The position numbers and the translations under genes were made by a program. From Candidatus Latescibacterota bacterium (lineage in GTDB: Bacteria; Latescibacterota; UBA2968; UBA8231), in assembly GCA_965223905.1 (NCBI GenBank), contig CBDCXV010000010.1, positions 128,001-192,000 on the forward strand: a DNA stretch of 64,000 bases, written 5' to 3'. The notes beneath the pieces were generated by a model. That model ran no database searches and was not told the DNA's origin. It saw nothing but the letters and a program-made list of their open reading frames with translations. This document shows positions 39,679-47,374 of the stretch, piece after piece. Positions within the stretch are counted from its first letter, which is position 1; each line of letters opens with the position of its first letter.

Positions 39679-39834
39679 CAGCCCGTTGATAAAGTTGCGC
39701 TGCAGGCGAGACCGAGTCATTGCGGTCGAAGACAAGGCGCGCGACCGAAGTGTAAAACGGCTCGGGTAATTCCCATACGGTTCGGAAGTGGTGGTCAAAT
39801 CCCTGTCCCCCGGGGAGTCATCTTTCAACCGGTG
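39679..39834. mobile_element. Possible degenerate MITE / IS-end scar
   Basis: Imperfect terminal inverted repeats CAGCCCGTTGATAAAG ... TCTTTCAACCGGTG; no ORF. Confidence 0.25.
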
Positions 39835-39885
39835 CGTTTCGACCCGCGCAGAAATTTCCAGCCCTCCAAGAGAGATCGCCGGAAA

Positions 39886-40635
39886 TCAACAAAGCCGAGG
39901 ATCGGAATCCGGGGCCACTTCATGAGCGATGGCGGCAGCGAAATCCTCGTTGCCCAGATCCTCCAGCCGCCATCTGACTTCCGGCATCCGGGGAAACCGG
40001 AATATGGTCGTCGTCATGCCGCGGCGCATGGCCAAGGGGATCTCGAATTCGGACATGCCCGAAGAAAGGCCTGTGCCAAGCGCCTTGAGCAGTGCTTCCT
40101 TCATTGTCCAGAGATTGTAGAACAGGTGGAGCTTGTGGCTTCCACGCGCCAATGCGAGCTCGGCCTTTTCGCCCGGGCCGAGCACGGTCCTTATCAGTCC
40201 GTCGAGGTCGCCACGGGGGACCCGTTCCTCGACATCCACGCCCAGCCGCCCTTCCGGCGCCACCGCGATCAATCCATGTCCGCCCCCGTGACTTACGTTG
40301 AAGCTTATGGTCGCCGGCGCCCCATCCAACAGGGCAAACGGCTTTCCATAACTGGATACAGCGAATGCAAGTTGTTCGTTTCGGCAGCCGAGTCGCTTGC
40401 AGAGAATTGCGCGGAGCGCCGCACGGCACAAGGCGAATCGACGACGGGGACCGGCATGCAGGTAGCGTTGCCAGCGTGACTGTTCCTTTTCGTCAAGGTA
40501 CTCAAGGGCGTCCGCCTCCCGGGAAGCATGTGGCGAAAGATCGACGTATGTGACGGCGGCGTTGCCGATCTTTCTGAAGGGACGCCACCAGCACTCGGCA
40601 ACGGAAGCTGGTATTGTTTGTCGGGGGAGCTGCAC
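39886..40635 (-). CDS. Sfp-type 4'-phosphopantetheinyl transferase (SupC/D-like)
   Basis: GKP, FNVSH, GVDVE, WTMKEALLKALGTG motifs. Confidence 0.9.
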   Translation of the reverse strand: MQLPRQTIPASVAECWWRPFRKIGNAAVTYVDLSPHASREADALEYLDEKEQSRWQRYLHAGPRRRFALCRAALRAILCKRLGCRNEQLAFAVSSYGKPFALLDGAPATISFNVSHGGGHGLIAVAPEGRLGVDVEERVPRGDLDGLIRTVLGPGEKAELALARGSHKLHLFYNLWTMKEALLKALGTGLSSGMSEFEIPLAMRRGMTTTIFRFPRMPEVRWRLEDLGNEDFAAAIAHEVAPDSDPRLC

Positions 40636-40697
40636 CAGTCCTTCACAAAGCCGCAGATCTTCGCTGGAGCAGCGGACACCCCGTATCCAGGGGGCGT

Positions 40698-40897
40698 TCA
40701 GCCAGCGTGAGTATCGAGGTGCTCGATGAATTCCCGTACGCTGTTATCATCCGCACAATCTTCGGGAGTAAACGTATCGTTGGATTCCTGAGCGACCAGT
40801 TTCGCGAACGCAACGAGTTTCACGGAGGATACGCCGGCATCGATCAGGCTGAAATCCATATCCTCCCGCAGCCCTACGGGAATAATGCCAACGTGGG
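40698..40897 (-). pseudogene. Acyl carrier protein fragment (SupB-like), N-terminus lost
   Basis: Frame not in ORF track: DMDFSLIDAGVSSVKLVAFAKLVAQESNDTFTPEDCADDNSVREFIEHLDTHAG stop; DAGVSS pantetheine-attachment motif. Confidence 0.7.
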
Positions 40898-40930
40898 CTC
40901 AGGATGGACAGCACCATCCATTTCCCCGCA

Positions 40931-41164
40931 CCCGACCCCGGAGCCCGGAACACCCTCGGTCACCCCGTTCTTCCCGGCTTCGAGCAGCCGCCAGAAAGCC
41001 GAGAGGTCCTCTGCCTTTGGGAATCGGCACGCCATGCCCACAATCGCTATCGGCTGTGCGGACCGGTTCCCCTTCTGTTGCCCGACCCCGGTTTCAGGAA
41101 CGGGTTCTCCGGAAGGATCGAAGGACCCGTCCAGTCTCAACATGCTACCGGTTTCAGAATTCAT
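40931..41164 (-). pseudogene. 5' fragment of a type I PKS ketosynthase (SupA-like)
   Basis: QPIAIVGMACRFPKAEDLSAFWRLLEAGKNGVTEGVPGSGVG, then homology stops abruptly. Confidence 0.85.
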
Positions 41165-41514
41165 CTCGGCAACCCTTTCTTCAAAATCAAAACACCGGTC
41201 GTTGCCCGGCCCCTCCATTTCTCCGACTCCAAAACAATACCACGTGTATATGAAACCCACCAAGCGACACCGCCACCTCGTTGCGTGAGGATTCCGTCGC
41301 GCCCTTGCCGGGGATGGCGAAATTCACTTGCGCGAAGACAAACCGCGCTACAATCAACGGGCTGCAATCGATTTGGTTATCTTTTTCCGTCTTCGTCCGC
41401 ACCTTCACCCGTTTCTTTGGAAACAGGGACCGCGCCCACAAGAGCGAACGACTGCCAATACCTGGAAGGCAGGCCTTTCGCCGGCACGTAATGATGCGGT
41501 GACCTTTGGCGCCG

Positions 41515-41554
41515 GTCCGAACTTCCATCCTCTGGTCCGAACTTCCATCCTCTG
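41515..41554 (+). repeat. 20-bp tandem duplication
   Basis: GTCCGAACTTCCATCCTCTG x2. Confidence 0.9.
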
Positions 41555-41671
41555 ATCGACTGATGCGACCCTTGCCGCCGCGCAACGGCTGCCCTCTCGC
41601 GGGCCCTTCCGGCAACACCCCCTACCACCCCGTCCGGTGACTTCCGGACCATACAAACCTGGAGCGCCTCG

Positions 41672-42829
41672 ATGGCCAAGATCCTAGTCGTAGACGACGA
41701 GCCGGACCTGGAGCTGCTGCTGCGGCAGAGATTCCGGCGCCGGACCCGGTCCGGAGAGCTCAGTCTCGTTTTCGCCCAGAACGGCGTCGAGGCCTTGCAG
41801 CAACTCGAGGAACACGACGACGTCGACCTGGTGCTGTCGGACATCAACATGCCGGAAATGGACGGGCTCACCCTCCTGCAGCAGCTCGGCAGTCTCGACT
41901 ACGACCTGCGGGCGGTGATGGTCACGGCGTACGGGGACATGAAGAACATCCGCACCGCCATGAACCGGGGGGCCTTCGATTTCGTGACCAAGCCGATCGA
42001 CTTCGACGACCTCGAAGCGACGATCGCCAAGACCCTCGAGCACCTCGGGGTAATGCGGGAGGCGCTGCGATCGCGGGACGAGCTGGTGGCCCTGCGGCAG
42101 GAGCTCGGGGTGGCGGCGCAGATGCAGGAGTCCATTCTCCCCACGGACTTCCCCGTGAACCCCCGCTACGAGATACACGCCTCGATGACCCCGGCTCGCG
42201 AGGTCGGCGGCGACTTCTACGACTTCTTCCGGATCGAGGGCGAGCGCATGGGGATCGTGGTGGCGGACGTGTCGGGGAAGGGAGTGCCGGCCGCCCTCTT
42301 CATGATGGTGAGCCGGACCCTCATGAAGGGGACCGCCATCGGCGAGAGCAACCCGGCGAAGTGCCTCAACGAGGTCAACGAGCTGCTGACCGAGTCGAAC
42401 GAGGAGTCGATGTTCGTCACCGTGTTCTACACTACCCTCGACCCGGTCACGGGGCGCGTCGAGTTCGCCAACGCCGGGCACAACCTGCCGTACGTGGTCA
42501 AGCAGTCCGGCGAGGTGCGGCAGATCTCCTGCGACCCGGGGCTGGTCCTGGGGGTGCTGCCCTCCTTCGAGTTCCCGGAGGGTAACATCGAGCTGGACCC
42601 GGGGGACGTGCTGTTCTTCTACACCGACGGCGTCAACGAGGCGATGGACGAGAACGGCGTCGAGTTCGGCGACGAAAGGCTGACCCAGGTCCTGGCGCAG
42701 GCCGCGGGTGCCAGCGCCGCCGAGTTCAGCAGCCGGGTGGTGCAGGCGGTGCAGGATCACGCCGGGGAAGCCCCCCAGTCCGACGACATAACCTGCATGG
42801 CTGTGCGCTACATCGGGGATCCTGCGTAG
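41672..42829 (+). CDS. Response regulator receiver + PP2C/SpoIIE phosphatase (RsbU/RsbP-like)
   Basis: ILVVDD..LSDINMPEMDG..TAYG..KP; EVGGDFYD, ADVSGKG, MFVT, YTDGVNEA, QSDDIT. Confidence 0.93.
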   Translation: MAKILVVDDEPDLELLLRQRFRRRTRSGELSLVFAQNGVEALQQLEEHDDVDLVLSDINMPEMDGLTLLQQLGSLDYDLRAVMVTAYGDMKNIRTAMNRGAFDFVTKPIDFDDLEATIAKTLEHLGVMREALRSRDELVALRQELGVAAQMQESILPTDFPVNPRYEIHASMTPAREVGGDFYDFFRIEGERMGIVVADVSGKGVPAALFMMVSRTLMKGTAIGESNPAKCLNEVNELLTESNEESMFVTVFYTTLDPVTGRVEFANAGHNLPYVVKQSGEVRQISCDPGLVLGVLPSFEFPEGNIELDPGDVLFFYTDGVNEAMDENGVEFGDERLTQVLAQAAGASAAEFSSRVVQAVQDHAGEAPQSDDITCMAVRYIGDPA

Positions 42830-44014
42830 ATGGGTCGCTTCGCCCTCCTCGCCGCGGCAGCGGCGGGACTGGCGCCTGTCGCCGCGTACGCCGCCCCCCC
42901 GGCCGTCAGCGACGGGGTGTTCCCCGACTCGATCCTCTTCGGACAGTCCGCGGCCCTGAGCGGCCCGGCCGGGGAGCTGGGGAGAAACATGAACCTCGGG
43001 GTGCGCGCCGCCTTCGAGGAGGCCAACCGCTCCGGCGGCATCCACGGCCGCCAGCTCCGGCTCCTCGTGCGGGACGACGGGTACGAGCCCGAGGCCGCGG
43101 TCGCCAACACCAGGGAGCTGATCGCGCTCGGCGTCTTCGGCCTCATCGGCGCCGTCGGCACCCCCACCTCCAACGCCGCCGAACCGATTGCCAGCGGCGC
43201 CTCGGTCCCCTACATCGGCCCCTTCACCGGCGCCGACCTGCTCAGGGGGGACGACCAGCGGTACGTAGTGAACGTCCGCGCCTCGTACTACCAGGAGACC
43301 GAGGAGATGGTGGAGCGGCTGACCGCGGACCTGGGATTCCGGCGCATCGCCATCCTCTACCAGGACGACAGCTACGGAACCGCCGGCCTGACAGGGGTGC
43401 GCCGTGCTCTCGACCGGCGCGGCATGAAGCTGGTCGGCGAAGTCACCTACATGCGCAACACCATCGCCGTGAAGCGGGCCCTTCTCGGCCTCCTGGACAG
43501 CGACCCGGAAGCGGTCATCATCATCGGCGCCTACCGGCCGGCAGCCCACTTCATCAAGTGGGCCCGGAAGATCGGCATGGAAGCGGTCTTCGTGAACATA
43601 TCCTTCGTCGGCAGCAACGCCCTCCTGAAGGAGCTGGGCGGGGCCGGCGACGGGGTGGTGGTCACCCAAGTCGTGCCCTTCCCGCGCGACACCGCCATTC
43701 CGATAGTGGCCCGGTATCACGCCGCCCTGAAAGCGGCCGACGGCGCCGCGCAGCCGGGATTCGTCTCCCTTGAGGGGTACCTGGCGGGGCGCCTGGCGGT
43801 CGATGCCCTGCGCGCCTCCACCGCCCCTGGCGACGGTGAAGGGGCCCTGCCGACCCGTGAGGCTTTCCTCCGCACCCTCGAGGAATCCGGCCCCATCGAT
43901 CTGGGCGGCTTCGAGGTCGAGTACGGTCCCGGGGACAACCAGGGGTCCGACCAGGTGTTCCTGACCACGATCCGCGGGGGCGGTTTCGTCCCGGTGACGC
44001 GGCTGTTGCGATGA
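42830..44014 (+). CDS. Periplasmic binding protein type 1 (ABC ligand-binding-like)
   Basis: Signal peptide; GQSAALSGPA, DDGYEP, GAVGTPT, NVRASY, SLEGY. Confidence 0.88.
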   Translation: MGRFALLAAAAAGLAPVAAYAAPPAVSDGVFPDSILFGQSAALSGPAGELGRNMNLGVRAAFEEANRSGGIHGRQLRLLVRDDGYEPEAAVANTRELIALGVFGLIGAVGTPTSNAAEPIASGASVPYIGPFTGADLLRGDDQRYVVNVRASYYQETEEMVERLTADLGFRRIAILYQDDSYGTAGLTGVRRALDRRGMKLVGEVTYMRNTIAVKRALLGLLDSDPEAVIIIGAYRPAAHFIKWARKIGMEAVFVNISFVGSNALLKELGGAGDGVVVTQVVPFPRDTAIPIVARYHAALKAADGAAQPGFVSLEGYLAGRLAVDALRASTAPGDGEGALPTREAFLRTLEESGPIDLGGFEVEYGPGDNQGSDQVFLTTIRGGGFVPVTRLLR

Positions 44015-46245
44015 ACATCTCCGAGCAACGCATCCAATCCACCTTCGAAAGCGTCCTGGCGCGGCTCCCCGGCCCCCTCGGCGAACGCCTCCGGAAAGCG
44101 ACCGGGGGACGGTTCGGCATCGGCAGCAAGATCGCCGTGGTCCTGGGCGGCGGCGTCACCCTGACCATCGGCGCCGTCGTTCTCGCGCTGGGGCTGATGA
44201 GAATAGTCAGCACCCGCCAGAGCGAGGTCACCGAAGGGTACATGCCGGCTCTGGTCGCCGCCTTCGAGGTCGCCCGGAGCAGCTCCGAGTTGGTGCGGGC
44301 TTCCCCCCGGCTCCTCGCCGCCGACGATCCCGACGACCTCGGGTTGGTGATGTGGGACGTGGTGCGGGAGGAGGAGACCTTGCGGAAATGGCTTTCCGAA
44401 GTAAGGCGCGCCGAATCGAAGGGAGGCGCCGAGGGAGACATCGGAAGCGCGGTCGTGCCGCTGGCCGACAGCCTGGTGGAGAGCATCAGCCAGATCCAGG
44501 AGTCGGTCGGGCGCAGGATGCAGTACCGGGCCCTGCTCCGGAAGCTCGAAGGGCAGGTCGAGAGCCTCGGCCTCGAACTGCAGCTATTGCTCGAGGAGCT
44601 GGTCGACGATCAGCATTTCTTCATGCACACCGGGCTCCGCGGTCTCGACGATGCCCCGGCCTCCCCGGACCGGAGGACGTCGAGGGCCGAGCTCGATCAC
44701 TACGCCGGCCTCCTCGACTTCCAGGCTTCGCAGAACGTCACCACCACCCTCATCCAGCAGGCGATGACGGAGAACGACCCGGAGCTGCTGCGGGCGAACC
44801 GGGAACGGGTGGAAACGGCCATGAGCGACGTGCGCCGGGCCCTGGGCGGGATCAGGCCGGCGATCAGGTCCCGGCTGCAGCCGCAGGTGGAGAAGCTGAC
44901 CGGCTTCTACGCCGCTCCGGACGGGGCCTTCGAGACCCGCACCCGCGAGCTCGAGGAGATCCGCCGCTCCGAAGATCTCCTGGCCCGCAACCAGCAGACC
45001 ACCGCCGACCTCGTGGCCATGGTGGAAGGACTGGTGAAGGAGGCCGAGGTCTCCACCCAGAACGCCGCCAATCGCTCCCGCAACCTGGTGCGCCTCGGGT
45101 TCTGGTTTCTGCTCGGGGTCACCCTCCTCACCCTCGTCGCCGCCTACTTCGTCTGGATGTTCTTCGGCAAGCGCCTGCTGGCCCGGTTGGGCAGGCTCTT
45201 CGACGCCACCCAACGGATGTCGAAGGGGGATCTCGAAGTGCAGGTGGAGATCGAAGGGAACGACGAGGTGACCGACATGGCCGGGGCCTTGGAGGTCTTC
45301 CGGCAGCACGCCGTCGAGGTGCAGCGGCTCAACCTCGTCGAAAAGCTCGCCGCGGAGGTCCAGGCCAAGAACGCCGCGCTCGAGACCACCAACTCCGAGC
45401 TGGAGACCACCCTGGAAGACCTCAAGCGCACTCAGCAGCAGGTCATCAGCCAGGAAAAGCTCGCCTCCCTGGGGGCCCTCACCGCCGGCATCGCCCACGA
45501 GATCAGGAACCCCCTGAACTTCGTCAACAACTTCGCCGGCCTTTCGTCCGACCTGATCGACGAGCTGCGGGAAGAGCTGAAGGGAGAGGGGGAGGGCGGC
45601 ATGGACCAAGAGCTGATCGACGAGATCCTCGACGACCTCGGCGGCAACGCGGGCAAGGTGAAGGAGCACGGGGAGCGGGCCAACCGCATCGTCGAGGGCA
45701 TGCTGGCCCACTCCCGCAACGAGGCGGGACAGGTGGAATCAGTGGACATCAACCTGCTGGTCGACGAATACGCCAAGCTCGCCTACCACGGACTAAGGGG
45801 CACGGATTCGACGTTCAACGTCAACCTGGTCCAGGAGTACGACGAGGGCGCCGGGCGGGTCGAGGCGAGCACCCGGGACCTGAGCCGGGTCTTCCTCAAC
45901 GTGGTGACGAACGCCTGCCACGCCACTGCCGCCCGCGCCAGGGAGTCCGACGGCTCCTACAAGCCCAAGGTGTGGCTCAGGACCGAGGGCAGCGAGGACG
46001 GCGTTCGCGTTTCCATCCGCGACAACGGCACCGGGATTCCCGCCGAGATCGTCGACAGGATCTTCGACCCGTTCTTCACCACCAAGTCCGGCACCCAGGG
46101 GACCGGGCTCGGACTTTCGATCTCCCACGAGATCGTCCGCGAGCACGGGGGGGAGTTCCAGGTGGAGACCGAAGAGGGGGAATTCACCGAATTCAGGATA
46201 GTCCTGCCGAGGAAGGGCGTCCTTTCCGCCGCTCCTGCTTCCTGA
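44011..46245 (+). CDS. Sensor histidine kinase with large helical periplasmic domain and HAMP
   Basis: TM, long helical TorS-like sensor, TM, HAMP (NDEV), LTAGIAHEIRNPLNFVNN, DNGTG, FDPFFTTK, GTGLGL. Confidence 0.92.
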   Translation: MNISEQRIQSTFESVLARLPGPLGERLRKATGGRFGIGSKIAVVLGGGVTLTIGAVVLALGLMRIVSTRQSEVTEGYMPALVAAFEVARSSSELVRASPRLLAADDPDDLGLVMWDVVREEETLRKWLSEVRRAESKGGAEGDIGSAVVPLADSLVESISQIQESVGRRMQYRALLRKLEGQVESLGLELQLLLEELVDDQHFFMHTGLRGLDDAPASPDRRTSRAELDHYAGLLDFQASQNVTTTLIQQAMTENDPELLRANRERVETAMSDVRRALGGIRPAIRSRLQPQVEKLTGFYAAPDGAFETRTRELEEIRRSEDLLARNQQTTADLVAMVEGLVKEAEVSTQNAANRSRNLVRLGFWFLLGVTLLTLVAAYFVWMFFGKRLLARLGRLFDATQRMSKGDLEVQVEIEGNDEVTDMAGALEVFRQHAVEVQRLNLVEKLAAEVQAKNAALETTNSELETTLEDLKRTQQQVISQEKLASLGALTAGIAHEIRNPLNFVNNFAGLSSDLIDELREELKGEGEGGMDQELIDEILDDLGGNAGKVKEHGERANRIVEGMLAHSRNEAGQVESVDINLLVDEYAKLAYHGLRGTDSTFNVNLVQEYDEGAGRVEASTRDLSRVFLNVVTNACHATAARARESDGSYKPKVWLRTEGSEDGVRVSIRDNGTGIPAEIVDRIFDPFFTTKSGTQGTGLGLSISHEIVREHGGEFQVETEEGEFTEFRIVLPRKGVLSAAPAS

Positions 46246-46399
46246 TGTTTGCCGCTGCCGAGGGTGGTCGGGGCTTTGCGGACAAACCCCCTCCACGGGG
46301 CGCCGCCCCGGATTCACGGCCACCCGTTCTACCACGATGACCGGAACCTTGCTGTCCCCGATCCCACCTTGTTGACCGCAACCCGAACCTTCCCGGCAA

Positions 46400-46414
46400 T
46401 GGCGATCATCTTGC
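46400..46414 (+). promoter_or_regulatory. Possible sigma54 -24/-12 promoter
   Basis: TGGC-GATCATC-TTGC (GG-N10-GC spacing), about 70 nt upstream of ATG 46484. Confidence 0.35.
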
Positions 46415-46483
46415 GGCAAGGAGCCGCAAGCCATCTCTGCAGAATCCCGGAAAAACCAGACCTGGTACAACGAGGACAGCCGG

Positions 46484-47257
46484 ATGGAAACAGCATGCGC
46501 AGCGGTTTCGGCGGCCGCACTGCTGGCCGCCTGGACTGCGACCCCCGCCCGAGCCGAGTTCCACCTGCAGTACGGCAAGCTGCTGAACCCATTCTCGGCA
46601 GCGGAGCAACAGACCCTTGTCTTCACCGTGCAGCGGGCCGCGGGATGGAAGTACGGCGACAGCTTCTTCTTCATCGACTACCTCGACGACGGCGGAGAGG
46701 ACGGCTTCAACGACAGGGAGTTCTACGCCGAGTGGTATCCGACCCTGAGCTTCGGCAAGCTCGCCGGCAGGGCGTTCCGCCTCGGCCCGATCGCTGATTT
46801 CTCCCTCGTTGCCGGGTTCAACGCCACCGGCGACGGCAAAGTCGTGCAGTACCTGCCCGGTCTGAGAGCCTCGTGGAACCTGCCGGGATTCCTGTTCCTG
46901 AATACGGACCTCACCGCCTATATCGACGGCAGCACCGGCATCGACGGCGGGGGGCCTCCCGAAACCGGCAGCAGCTTCATGTTCGACGTCAGCTGGGTCT
47001 TTCCCTTCGAGGCGGGCAGCCAGTCGTTTGCCATCGCCGGCCATGCGGAGTACCTCGGCGGCAGCACCAACGAGCTCGGCGAGGAGGTCAACGGGTCGAT
47101 TCTCGCCCAGCCGCAGTTCACCTGGGATCTGGGCAAGGCCGTATTCGCAGCGCCCCATCGGTTCCTGGCCGGCATCGAGTACCAGTACTGGCGCAACAAG
47201 CTCGGAACGGACCTCGACGAGAGCACGGCGCAGCTGCTGGTGGTGTGGCGCCCCTGA
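46484..47257 (+). CDS. Tsx-like nucleoside-specific outer membrane channel
   Basis: Signal peptide; GWKYGDSFFFIDY, YAEWYPTLS, QPQFTWDLG, GIEYQYWRNKLG. Confidence 0.8.
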   Translation: METACAAVSAAALLAAWTATPARAEFHLQYGKLLNPFSAAEQQTLVFTVQRAAGWKYGDSFFFIDYLDDGGEDGFNDREFYAEWYPTLSFGKLAGRAFRLGPIADFSLVAGFNATGDGKVVQYLPGLRASWNLPGFLFLNTDLTAYIDGSTGIDGGGPPETGSSFMFDVSWVFPFEAGSQSFAIAGHAEYLGGSTNELGEEVNGSILAQPQFTWDLGKAVFAAPHRFLAGIEYQYWRNKLGTDLDESTAQLLVVWRP

Positions 47258-47374
47258 AGGGCTTGCAATTCCGGGATCGGGGTTCGCAGGGCTTTCAGCA
47301 TATCTTCGCCGGGATCGTTCGCTGAATTTAATTTTGTCAATTTTGGTTTTTTTCTTACAAGCTACTGGGAGACA

